Assembly (NCBI GenBank): GCA_030324005.1
Contig: JARDVH010000110.1
Location: 41,947,373 to 42,011,372 of the forward strand
Direction: 5' to 3'
From: Negaprion brevirostris
Taxonomy: Eukaryota
Length of the DNA stretch: 64,000 nucleotides
Positions within the stretch are counted from its first letter, which is position 1, and every line of letters starts with the position of its first letter. Below are positions 12,186-24,050 of the stretch, one piece after another. The notes under the pieces are model-generated. The model was not told where the DNA came from, made no database searches, and worked only from the letters and a program-made list of their open reading frames with translations. Both the position numbers and the translations under genes were made by a program.

Positions 12186-14029
12186 TTTCTCCTAAGACGC
12201 ATCCTGTATGTTTTAACAAGTTCATGACTTTTTAAAACTACACTAATATTAAAATTAACTCGCATGAAAGTGTATTACTAATAACTTTAAATAACACTTA
12301 CCCAAATCTATACACTTATCATGGCCCGAGATATTTAGTTGAGTATCCCAAATTTACCAGAGGAATTATGAACTAGTTGCTCTAATTGTTTTTAAGCATG
12401 TATCGTTCACTTACAGCAAAGAGAGTAGTGAACCTCAATGGGGCGAGAGATCACTAAGACTAAGGTCTCAGCGCCTTGGGTCTACAATTTGCAGAAACTT
12501 TATCACACTTCACATTGTCCATTGCTGCTGATCGTTTTGCGGTGTTAACGCGTAATAATATCTGGAGCTGACGTGTGGTTTGATCACTTTACCAAAAAAA
12601 CTCATCACAAGCTAGCACGTTTCTCTTGCAGTACTGTGAGTTGACGACAAGTTCGTTAGGAAGTACCTGGATACATATCTCTACGGGACGAATGGATCCC
12701 CGTTAATAAGTGACCAGNNNNNNNNNNNNNNNNNNNNNNNNNNNNNNNNNNNNNNNNNNNNNNNNNNNNNNNNNNNNNNNNNNNNNNNNNNNNNNCCATC
12801 ATGTGACGGAAGTTCTACACATTTCCGCCGATTGTGCGCCGGTTTCAATTTCCACCTGCACCATCGGTGGTGGTTTGACACATGGTCCTCCTAGTTCCTC
12901 AAAGATTGTTGTTTTGTGCATCGCATCACTGAATTTGTACATAATTGTACTGAGATTTTGATTACGCTTCTAATTGTATTGAAGACCACCGTTCTAATCG
13001 ACTCTACAGACTATTCCCATTACTAATGGAAATCTTACTTGTTAATTTTTATAATGGTTTTCAGTGAGCTACAGTACTTCTGTAACCAGCGGGAAGTCAA
13101 AAGTGCGAGACTACTTTCTGGAATAGTCTCTCACCACTTGCCAAAATTTAGCTCACACTTGATTTGATGACCTTGGATAAGTGTTATGCCATTGCCATCG
13201 GTACGATGTTTAAAAAAAATTACATCCATGTAAAAATAGCTCTCGCTCTAATTTGCGTTTGTTCGCCTTGGACAACGTTGGGGCAAACAGTTTGATTCTA
13301 CGAAGCACCTTTTATCGGGGCGGGAAGTCCCAAATCCTTCCCATACAACGAATTATAGAGGTGCGTTGACACGTGACCAGACATTTTGCAACTTGCATTC
13401 TTCTATTGATTTTTGGGGGAATGTTAATCTAAGGTCACTTTAATAGTGCCATGAGATCATTAGCATTCACTTCAATTGACAACGGAATTTGGTTTAATAT
13501 CTAGGTGCAGAACATCAGTACCACACCGAGGTGTTGGTTTAAATGTTACGCTTAAATTCAGCACTGCGGCTTGAAGCCATGATGTAGTATCTAAAATCGG
13601 ACAAGTGGTTACTGTAGAAGGAGCAATGTGTGCTCCAATACTATAATTTTCCATTTGAAATAGACTACAATGAATGAAACTGATCGTGTGAATAAACACA
13701 CTTTGAAAATATACTGTCTAGATAGCCAGAGGACAAAGTTTCTGAAATGCAATCGAAACTAAGAAAAGCCGCAATTCACAACTCTAATCACTCGCCAGAA
13801 ACAAGTTAAAATAAGCCGTCCATACAATGCTAGATTAGTCCCAATTAACAGTACTTCCAGAGAAGATAAAACACTGCTTTGCAACCACACGATAAAATAA
13901 CCCAAAGTTAGATTTTAGTCCATATAATTAGTATGCTAGGGGTAGGTGAGCCTCCCGAAATGAGCAGGGGCTAAGTGGTGTATGGAGTGCGCATAAAGCT
14001 ACCTAATTATGGAGATATTCAATAAATGA

Positions 14030-14240
14030 CTATTGGCTATGTGTTAACAATCCTTTTGAAATTCATTAGGCCTTTCTAGTCTACGATTGGTTGATGTGTC
14101 TTGTTTGCACTTTGCCCGGCCCCGAACTGGTTAATTCCCAACAGAAGTATTTTCCCGACTGTTGTGCAGCCTATATAAAGTGGAACAACTCTCCCGACCC
14201 TTAACTTTCGGGCTATTTCAGTGAATTCGATACTACGACC
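14030..14240 (+). promoter_or_regulatory. wnt8a core promoter
   Basis: TATATAAAG at 14172-14180, ~60 nt upstream of the ATG. Inverted CCAAT (ATTGG) at 14032-14036 and 14086-14090. Kozak-like ACCATG. Confidence 0.7.
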
Positions 14241-14308
14241 ATGAATCTTGCCCAAGTAACTGTTTGCTTCGCACTGGTTTACAGTAGCATAACTCCAACC
14301 GCGTTGTG
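14241..14308 (+). CDS. wnt8a: wnt8a coding exon 1 (signal peptide [23 protein letters not shown])
   Basis: ATG in Kozak context, hydrophobic leader, TG|GTAAGT donor. Confidence 0.85.
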
Positions 14309-17300
14309 GTAAGTTGAGCCTCTTAAAGCATTTTAATTCCGGTGCCTAACTGCAAAGTGGGGTATTCCCATTATACAGAACTAAACTTCTTGCTGTGTTC
14401 TTTTTACAGGTCGGTAAACAACTTTTTGATGACCGGACCAAAGGTGAACTGAAATTGTCTTAGACACAAACAAGTTTTAAGGTCTCGTCTATGATATTTT
14501 AGACACATTAATGGATTCATGGCTTGTCTGTATGCCTTCCATTAGCAACCAGTAACATTTTCTAATTACCGAGAATAAATAAGTTTCCCTTTAAACGACT
14601 AGTAACGCCTCGATTTTTCAAAGCTATTTAACTTTAGGAAGACGTGCGCAAAAGTAACAAAGTTTCGCATCAAACTGTAGGTAGTTCTTTCATTTACCCA
14701 ACGAGTAAACGAACTCAACTTAACTTAGGAACAAATTAAGAGGGGCAGCCCCCCAGAAAAAGAAGGGGGGATGGCCCGAACAGAAACTAAAGTCTAAAGG
14801 AAACTTAACTTACAATCACATTTTGATGTAATGTTTTAAGGGTCTATAACACACCCCAGCCCCTGCGGCGCCCAGCGGGCACGGAAGGCATGAACTGCGC
14901 CCGTGGACACCGTATGTTCCCTCTCCAGGGACACCTGGTTGCGAACGTAGCCGCGGTAATCAAACTGTAGGTATCGCATTAAAAATCTGGCTTCACGTCG
15001 CTTTGTAAGAAGTATATGAACGGATTGAGCCTACTTTTTTTGGTAGGCATTTCTGACCTATTCCAGCAGTGTTGCTGCTGGAGCTGAATCTGGGATTGAC
15101 GAATGTAAACACCAGTTCACCTGGGACCGCTGGAATTGTCCAGAGAGCGCACTGCAACTCTCCACGCACAATGGTCTTCGGAGCGGTAAGAACTAACTCT
15201 GCCCAAGCTCACAGTTTCCAGGTAGCATTTTACTCGTTACTAATTTTAATGTGCTTTTTATTAGCTACCAGAGAAACATCCTTCGTGCATGCAATAAGTT
15301 CTGCAGGTGTCATGTATACCTTGACGAGGAACTGCAGTATGGGGGATTTCGACAACTGCGGGTGCGATGAGTCAAGAAGTGGTGAGGCTGGTAGGTTGGG
15401 CAGTCTTGGCAGACCTTTTCCGTTCCTTCCCTAGCTTCCTTTGAAGGAAAGGCGTTTATTGTGATCCACTTTAGACGCGCTGTTTATTTCAAGTCAATTT
15501 CGTAGTCATTTCTGCGCCTCATGAGTCTGAACATCTGTTTCTGCAGGTGGACGAAGCTGGGTTTGGGGTGGATGTAGTGATAATGTTGCATTTGGAGAAC
15601 GAATTTCTAAACAATTTGTCGATGCTTTGGAGACCGGGCAGGATTCTAGAGCTGCCATGAACCTTCACAATAACGAAGCGGGAAGAAGGGTAAGTATATG
15701 CGTGAATGAGTGTTTCTAAATTGTTTAAATTATTCGCATTTACTCGATTATTACNNNNNNNNNNTCTGTATAGATGTTTTCACTTCCAGTACATCAAATT
15801 AATATCAATAAACCGCATCGTAGTGTTCACGGATGATGCATTCTTGGAAACACTAACTATGGGTATACACCCATAAAGGTATGGGCAATTCGTCTGTCCG
15901 TACTCGTACTGTCATTCCTAGCTTTTGGTAGCTAGTTATCATTTCTTTCAGGAATTGAGAATGTCTTTCCGGGACTGGAGTGAAAAAATTCAACCATCTT
16001 TCTGCCTGCTCCGTAGCCAGTGGCGTACCCGTCTCCTTAGATTCCTTTTTTTTCACCCCCTCCCCCTTGGGGGCTGTCTTTTTTAATTTGTCACTAAAAT
16101 TAATTTGATTTCGTTTACTACTTTGGTGCTTTTAAAAGAACTCTCAAGACGACCTTGTGCTACATTCCGGATATTAATAGTCTGATGCTTCAGGTTGAGC
16201 AAACATTGGGTGGAATGGGGGCGGGGAAAGATGACGAGGTTTTGCAGGTGTATTTAGTCACTAGTCTGGATAATCAATGGGGAGAAACTGTTTCTGTTGG
16301 CGGGAGGATCAAAAATCAAATGACGCCGATTTAAGGTGATTGCGTTAAGAAGCCCTTGCCTCTTTTGGCAGTCAGTGGTTAGGATTCAGAATATACTGTC
16401 TGACTATGGGTTCAATCAAATATTAGAATTGGATATATCCAAAAGAGTTGGAGCCAGATGAGTTGCTTATAGGGAGCTTGGAAGAAAACGGATGTCCGAG
16501 TGATCTGCTTGTGTATTGTAACCATTGTTGCTATCTATGCATGTACTTTCCAGCTGGGATTTCTGGATGGGAAAGTGTTTTTGGCTATTTTGTTCTCCCT
16601 GCCCATTGTGGTGATCTGAACTCGGATCAACCAGTTCGGAGAAGAACAGGCCTGGAACCTCCAGTTTACAGATCACTGTATATACTCGTTTGAGTGACAA
16701 ACGGTTGGACAAAAATTTGTCTTGATTGGAATGGGGGCGGGCACAATGGATGAACATTTGTTACTTAGCCAATAAATGACTTGGCTACCTTTTGCTATAG
16801 CGCTGACCTCAAAGCAATAACCCATTTGTGGCAGTGATGGAGCCTAATTACATCTATATTGACGTATAATTCTACAATAGTTCTGATCTAATATGAACAC
16901 TGATTATAGTTATGGTGTTATGGATTAATGTTCCTTAGGCTGTCAAAGAGACCATGAAGCGAACCTGCAAGTGTCACGGCGTGTCGGGGAGCTGCAGTAT
17001 CCAGACTTGCTGGCTCCAGTTAGCTGATTTTCGAGATATTGGGAACTTCCTGAAAGTGAAACACGAACAAGCTGTGAAGATCGATTTGGAGAAGCGGCGC
17101 ATGAAAGGAGGGAACAGCGCGGATAACCGGGCAGCGATAGCGGATGCGTTTAGAGCAGTGCCGCGGACAGAACTTGTCTACTTGGAAGATTCTCCCGATT
17201 ACTGCGTCCGGAACTTCACACTGGGATTGCAAGGAACCGAAGGAAGGGAATGTCTCCAAAGTGGCAAGAATCTCTCCCAATGGGAGAGGAGAAGTTGCAG

Positions 17301-17496
17301 GCGGTTGTGTGGCGAGTGTGGACTCAAGCCAGAGGAGAGAGAAACGGAGATCATCAGCAGTTGCAATTGCAAGTTTCACTGGTGTTGTACTGTCAAATGT
17401 CAGCAATGTAAACAAATCGTAACCAAACATTACTGCTCTCGGCGAGAGAGGCACAGACCTTTCAACAAGCGCAAAAATCGGGCCCAGAATTGGTGA
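14241..17496 (+). CDS. wnt8a: Wnt8a, six coding exons: join(14241..14308,14410..14443,15047..15185,15265..15390,15547..15689,16939..17496), 355 aa
   Basis: All introns are GT-AG and the phases join into an open 1068-nt frame. Signal peptide followed by [22 protein letters not shown] (lipidated Ser) and the C-terminal Cys array. Residues [28 protein letters not shown] and [15 protein letters not shown] favour Wnt8a over Wnt8b. Confidence 0.95.
14410..14443 (+). CDS. wnt8a: wnt8a exon 2 (34 nt, [12 protein letters not shown])
   Basis: TTTTTACAG acceptor, conserved Wnt8 motif, AAG|GTGAAC donor. Confidence 0.93.
15047..15185 (+). CDS. wnt8a: wnt8a exon 3
   Basis: [46 protein letters not shown]; donor G|GTAAGA. 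Confidence 0.95.
15265..15390 (+). CDS. wnt8a: wnt8a exon 4
   Basis: [42 protein letters not shown]; TTAG acceptor, G|GTAGGT donor. Confidence 0.95.
15547..15689 (+). CDS. wnt8a: wnt8a exon 5
   Basis: [48 protein letters not shown]; CTGCAG acceptor, AGG|GTAAGT donor. Confidence 0.95.
16939..17496 (+). CDS. wnt8a: wnt8a exon 6 (terminal coding exon)
   Basis: TTCCTTAG acceptor, [19 protein letters not shown]...[13 protein letters not shown]...NRAQNW*. Confidence 0.95.
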   Translation, partial: AVKETMKRTCKCHGVSGSCSIQTCWLQLADFRDIGNFLKVKHEQAVKIDLEKRRMKGGNSADNRAAIADAFRAVPRTELVYLEDSPDYCVRNFTLGLQGTEGRECLQSGKNLSQWERRSCRRLCGECGLKPEERETEIISSCNCKFHWCCTVKCQQCKQIVTKHYCSRRERHRPFNKRKNRAQNW

Positions 17497-18056
17497 GAGA
17501 CCCATGAGTTCCTCTAATGGTTTTAAAATCGACGCAAGACTTCAATGACTTGCTACTCACTGCGTTCATTTTTAACTAAACTATGTCCCGTCGTTCTTGT
17601 GGCCCGTTTGCAGATTATTTTGCGCAACATTATGGAAGCAAGACGTTCTAACTAATGTTTNNNNNNNNNNNNNNNNNNNNNNNNNNNNNNNNNNNNNNNN
17701 NNNNNNNNNNNNNNNNNNNNNNNNNNNNNNNNNNNNNNNNNNNNNNNNNNNNNNNNNNNNNNNNNNNNNNNNNNNNNNNNNNNNNNNNNNNNNNNNNNNN
17801 NNNNNNNNNNNNNNNNNNNNNNNNNNNNNNNNNNNNNNNNNNNNNNNNNNNNNNNNNNNNNNNNNNNNNNNNNNNNNNNNNNNNNNNNNNNNNNNNNNNN
17901 NNNNNNNNNNNNNNNNNNNNNNNNNNNNNNNNNNNNNNNNNNNNNNNNNNNNNNNNNNNNNNNNNNNNNNNNNNNNNNNNNNNCGGGACGAAATTTGTAG
18001 AACATTCGGTTTTGTAACATTCTGGATAAGTAGACAAAAGTTGACTCGTATTTTCA

Positions 18057-18062
18057 AATAAA
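18057..18062 (+). terminator. Candidate wnt8a polyadenylation signal
   Basis: First visible AATAAA after the stop codon, with T-rich sequence ~25 nt downstream. Part of the 3' UTR is in a gap. Confidence 0.55.
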
Positions 18063-20599
18063 TTCATTTGCCAACTTAAAATTGCATTTTGTCCTGAACT
18101 TGACCAACTCGAGCGGGTCCTACTGTTTTGAGAGCTGATATAACTTTATTGGATAGTACAAGGAGGCTGAAGAAGCGACCTCAGCTTGAAGTGTTTCACT
18201 TGAACATTTCTTTCAGGTCTTTAACGGGTAAAGGCGCTTAACAGGGACGTTAGGCAGTGAGCACTGAGCCACATGAGATATTAGTTTAAATATATGCCCA
18301 GTTAAGGAGGGCTGGCAGAAACGCGACTTGAGAACTGGGCATTGCTTAACAGAGAATCGATGCAGATTCATGAGCGCATGGTTGATAACTCGAATAGGGC
18401 TTAGTGCAAGAAATGACACGAGTTTTGGAATGACATGTTTATGGAGAATACGGAAGGCTAGCCAACAGTTGAAATAGTTGAGTTTAAAAGTAACAAACAT
18501 AAATACGTATTAAGCAGCAGATGAGCTGTTGATGTATAAATGGGTGATCTTAATGCGGCTGAAGCTTCATCGGAGTTACGAACAGATTGGCAACTGCAGG
18601 AGGCTGAAACAGATGGACGAAGTTGGTAGTTATTTAATTGGGGGAAATTTCTGATCATATACTGGATGTTAGATGAGCAATTCATTTAGACAAATGAAGA
18701 GATGGCAAGGTAGTTAAAGGATTGCAAATTAAGTACAGTGCTATCCTCGAATTATTGAAAAAATGCGGAATTTTGTACTAAAACTGGTCTTTTCTATTTA
18801 ACTGCTTTTGGTTAGCGCCAATGCGCATAATAACATCATAAAACGTTAGGGCATGGGAACAGATTCTTGGCTTCATCAATTCCATGATGGTGCTATCCCG
18901 AAAAGCCACCTAGCCTAGTCCTGCTCACTCCCTACTCCATTACCTTTTTTTTCCCAAGCAAATAGCTGACTGCTTTCATACTCCCTAGTGTGTAGTTTTT
19001 AAAAAAAAATCAAAGCGAATCACAGTTGTAACGTTTCTACCTTCGATTTCAATAGATGTACTGACGGGTGAATCTAATTGTCTCATACTTCGAAATGGAA
19101 AGCAGCACAAGTCACCCATTTTCATTACTCTAAGGGAATACAGCTATTCCTTTTGAACTTGATCAAAAAAATAACTAACTTTTTCCTGTGTCTGTCAGCT
19201 TGTTCGCGATATAATGCTACTTTTGCACAATTTTCAAAAACACTAGCTTAGCGTATTTCAGGAGTTGTGCATCATTAGTCATTTAGTGTCAGATTTTTGA
19301 AACGGAAAGCTATCGGGATTTAAGACCTAAAAGGAGCTGCGTGTATACGTGGAACGATTAACCAAATAAACTGGTTATCCAAAGGTTGGAAAAACTCAGG
19401 TCTAGCAGCATCGGAAACTAACTTCAATGCAAAAGTCACATGGACTCGATTTTAACCCTTTTTGCTCTCCTCGGAGACCAACTGCAGTATTTTACCTTAG
19501 CGGGATAGAATGGTATTCACCTTTCCTGAATTGTGATCAACCTCGATGTATCTATTTTAGATTCTAAACAAGTAGATAGTTTTTTAGTTTGTTGCATGTG
19601 ACGGTTGCCAAATAGTACTGACCATTTCTTTGTGATCTTCTAGGCGGGTTTAGGGAACAATTGGGCTTTCTATAGAATGCATGTTTACGTGTAATCGATC
19701 AGTATTTTGTCAGACGTTCCATTTGTATACAAGAGCATCCTCATGCATTTAGATTACAATACTCATTTGTTTCCCTTTCAGCTCTGGCTCAAAGTTTTTT
19801 TTTCAATTTAAATACATTGAAGAGAACGGCTCTCACTAATACCACCCACCCCTAATTTTAGGGCTAATATACTGCAAGTATAAAATAATGATGACTGCTT
19901 GTAGACATGGAATTACAGGTAAATCATTACACAATGACGTTGCAGTACGTAGCAATTGTATAGCAGTGTTGATTTGGCTAGACTTGGCTACAGTGCAGCT
20001 AGAGCAGGACTGTTGGTAATTGCTATTCAGGAACTCTTGTTAGCAATTGAATATCCAGCAATTGAATTGAGTGCCAATAGAATATCCTTTAGACTCATAA
20101 AAAAAAATGTTGTGAATAGTGCACCTGAAATATGAATCAATCATCACTTTTTACAGCTACTGACTGGTTTGTATTTGTAATGCATTTTAAACAAATTATT
20201 GGAGTCTTCCTGGTACCAATGGAACTTCAGCCCAGTAAGGTGAAAACAAAAGGACAAAGTTCACATTTCAGAAATCAAAGTGGGAGTTGAGGTAGAAGAG
20301 AAATTAAACAGTTCAGACCTAATCAAATTTGGGGAACGTTGTCTAAAAAGACTGAATGGAAGAGGAAGGGTAGTTCTGATAGTAATGGCTCAGAAGATCA
20401 GGAAATAAAATCAGTATGAATCAGCTATAGTATTCTGGTTTTTAACCACTCTACCTATCCATGAAAAATTTGACAATGAACAGGGTGGGCCTAGAAGAGA
20501 ATAGATATCTTCCTGGTATTGTATGGTCCTTCCATGATAACATACACTGTATTCTATTCAAGGGATCTACCTAAAACACTTGATCACAAATGGGCCTGT

Positions 20600-21320
20600 A
20601 TCTTAACCCTTTTCTGTTTTATCTTTTCTGTTGTCCTTCCTGACTTGTGTTTTCCCTGCCACCAAGAAAGAAGTGTACTGTGACTAGATGGTAAACTCGA
20701 CTCTATCAAGGCAAAAGTGTAGAATTCTGATGATGCCCAGACATTAGCTCTGGAGGTCCATGGATTGTCTGTTCTATGACAGGTACTTTCTGACAAGGAA
20801 AATGCTAGTAATGGAACAAGGTGTTGCATATCTGCCACTGGGGGAAAAAGTCAGAAAATTCTGCTATTTTGGATTTGTGGTAACTGATAACCTGTCTTTT
20901 AATGAAGCGTTCAGTAACAGCATTGGAAAAGCAGCCACAAACAGGCATGGAAGAACACAAACTGACCCACAGAACCAAGATGTTTTCTAAGGTCTGTATC
21001 CTCAGTATGTGGCTCAGAAAATCGGAGTAGAATGGGTATGAATCAGCTGTGGTGTTCTGCTTTTGGACCATTGTACCTTACTTCCCACAAAAGTATTTGA
21101 CAGGCTGCTCCTGCTCATTAATAGGATACCAAGAGGACATCTGATTTTTCTCAATGGCAGTAAAGCCTAGAGAGGTTACACCTACCAAGAGGAGAGAAAA
21201 AAAAGCTCAATCTCCTCCATCTCCAATGTCTTTGGATCCTCCTAGATCACAAAAGATGAAGTCACCAATGAAGTAGTCCATTTTAAGGTAAATGTGCCAA
21301 GATGCCATACTAAATCAAGC
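20600..21320 (+). mobile_element. RTE-clade LINE remnant
   Basis: FCYFGFVVTDNLSFNEAFSNSIGKAAT matches the RTE post-RT region (F.YLGS...IGKA). Heavily decayed. Confidence 0.6.
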
Positions 21321-21674
21321 AAAGGCTTTGCTAGCTTGAGCATGTCCACAGGACAAAAGATTGTAGCATACCTTTGTTGGTGCAACTATCGGAGGTGGAA
21401 GTAACCAAACACACCTGAAAATTAATGGCCAAAGACAAACATTTTTTTGTGACACGGAATAAATCTGTAGTGAAATGCAAATACTTCTAGGTAGGTGCAA
21501 TTATTAGACATCAGGTGGATAGAATTATTAGTTTCCCCTTTGTTTACCTTTTGAATCAATCTCAATTGGTAATAAGTAATCTCCACATTCAATGCAGTTA
21601 GCATGGATGTCACTCTGTATAATATGCACTAACAGAACATCATGTGAAGCAAAGGAACATGGCACTATTTAACT

Positions 21675-21693
21675 CTTTTGGCTAAGATCAAGT
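21675..21693 (+). other. U2 snRNA 5' fragment (19-nt exact match)
   Basis: CTTTTGGCTAAGATCAAGT is identical to vertebrate U2 snRNA around nt 14-32. The flanks are not U2. Confidence 0.7.
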
Positions 21694-22744
21694 CCAAGGA
21701 AGGTGTCACCTTGACAAGGGAATCTTGTCAGCTTGGATCTTGTTTGTCTTTCTTGAAGACCTTGAATTGGATTCAATGGGATTTTGAATTTGGTTTGTGG
21801 AGCAAGCACTGGCTTTGTAAGTTTAAAAAAAATTTAAAATGACCACCTTCTGAACAGCAATTAGATATAGACAACAAACACTGGTTGTGCTAGCCCACAG
21901 CCTATGAATGAATACATTAAAAAAATCTTAATTTTAACATGAACCTATGTGCCAGCAAAGAGAATGCAAAATAGCATAGTATCATTTCAGATAAGACATC
22001 ATAAGTAATACAACATTTAAATAGAATGTTTTTAAAGTACTACATAAAATATTTTATGTACTCAAGTTTCAACCAAGCTGTCTCCTTCTACCAAACGTGT
22101 TGTAATCAGCCCCTATTTCCCTATCACAGAAACACACACCTATCTTCTGCCACTGCTCATTCACTCACCTGGCACCCTCTTCCCAACCCTTCCTCCACTC
22201 CCACCCTCTCTTTTTTAACTGTTCTTATCACCCACACTCACTTAACCCTACCTTTGCCTCCCACTAGTTAAATTCTTCCATCCATTTTCATGTCCCCATT
22301 TACTCAACTTCCCCTGCTCCTGCCCACTCAGGCAACACTTGCCTCACTTCCCACCCACCTCAATCTTTCCCTCACTCCCCATCCAGTCCCACTCACTTAT
22401 TTCCTCTTCCTTCTGTGTGTCCTCCCCAATGTGCAATTCTCAACCCTGCCAGATTCAGTGACTCATTGCTGATATTGTCAGTGGATGCTGTAGCAGCTCC
22501 TAGGGTTATACCACTTAAGTCTACATCACCAGCAGACCAAGACAGTCCCCCTGTGAGGTATGAGCTGGGCATTTGGATAGTGGGATCCTGAATGGACTGA
22601 GCTAGAGGTAGTGTAATGCAGTGAGTGATGGCAAGAGCAGGATGTTTTTTTTTCTAAAACTCTGTACCTTGGACTAGCCTGGTAGGTCAGAATGTGGATT
22701 TCTGAGAAGCCAATCTTGGTAACCTGCTGAACAAAAATTTTATT

Positions 22745-22990
22745 TGTTTGTGTAAGCCTACTTGTGATAGTAATAATAATGTCATCAATGAAATAACTGT
22801 GAAAATCCCCTAGTCACCACACTCCAGCACCTGTTCGGGTACACTGAGGGAGAATTTAGTATAGCCAATGCATCTAATCACCATGTCTTTTGGACTGTGG
22901 GAGGAAATCTATGCAGACTCCGCAAAGTGGCCCAAGCTGGGAATCTAATCTGAGTCCCTGGTGCTGAGAGGCTAACCATTGTATTGCCTC
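22745..22990 (-). mobile_element. HE1/V-SINE
   Basis: Reverse complement of the HE1 head, V-domain remnants and the tail CTAGGGGATTTTCACAG...GTAGGCTTAC. Confidence 0.75.
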
Positions 22991-24050
22991 AATGTCAGCA
23001 TTGCAGACCCAAATATGTGTTGCATACAGGGAGATATCCTGTAAAGAAGGACCTGAGTCCTCTCTGTCCCCTTATGCTACAATTGCACTGCATATATCAC
23101 AAGCATCAGCTTAGGTTGTTACGTGAGCAAGTTTAAAGGGTAGATATTTCATTAGCCAAAAATGCACAACTTTACATGGCAGGTTCACATAACCACAGTC
23201 CATCAGAGAATATGGCATATTCAGGGATGTTTGCAGCAGATTCCTCCATTCCAGAGGCTGAAATGCATCATTGCCTCAGACAGGCTGAGACAGTACCCAG
23301 AGAAGGAACATGGCTGCAATGAGCATGATTTATCTTTACCTAATTTGCTCCTTCCACCACAATCTTACAATATCATAAACATTCTAGTAACTGGGACAGG
23401 TATTTCTGCAGATTCAGAAATGCAGAAGTCTGTAGCAAGTCTACCTCTAGCCCACCTGCTGGAAATGAGTCATTTGAATAAGAGGTTTTTCAAATTTTAT
23501 GGTCATGAAACAGTCAATTATTTTGCAAACTCTTGTCCTTGAGATAACAATGAAATGCTAAATTTGGTAGGATAAGATATGACATACAACCACCAAGAGG
23601 AAACAGTGGAACACCAAACAATGGTGATGCACATATCTTTAGAGTTATCAAGAAGTTAGTAGAATTGCAATTGGGCTGTCTGCAGAGATCATTACTTCTA
23701 AGATTTTGCATCGCAGTTCAACAGCTGGCAGGAGTGAGTTTTGGGAGCTTAATAGAAATTATGACACTAGGTGACAATACTTCAGTGATATTTGTGTTGA
23801 AGATGTAGGCAGGATTGCTAATTTTAAATGACATTTTTACGTTGCAATGAAATCTCTTCCAGGTAAGTTTGCAGAATGGCTCTTGAAGTTGTGAATAGAT
23901 TCTTGCATACAGCCTCTGTTTTCATTTTGCTGGTTACCATAATACAGCAGAGTGCTAGTTTCTTCTGGAACATACATAATGCCACTTTACAAGGCAAAAC
24001 TGTGCAAAATATACCTTATCCATGACATACTGTGGTATGGGATTCTCACA

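Noticed and set aside
15069-15434. 121-aa ORF containing Wnt sequence
   Set aside because: It reads exon 3 out of frame, through intron 3, into exon 4 in frame. It is an artefact of unspliced translation.
14241-17496. Assignment as wnt8b
   Set aside because: Some N-terminal residues are Wnt8b-like (SSSVAAGA), but the exon 4 and exon 6 diagnostics and the compact gene match Wnt8a. A phylogeny would settle it.
17020-17505. 161-aa antisense ORF and the 92-aa alternative-frame ORF in wnt8a exon 6
   Set aside because: Shadow ORFs of a GC-richer coding exon, with no recognisable motifs.
21675-21693. Functional U2 snRNA gene
   Set aside because: Only 19 nt match. There is no branch-pairing region, Sm site or 3' stems.
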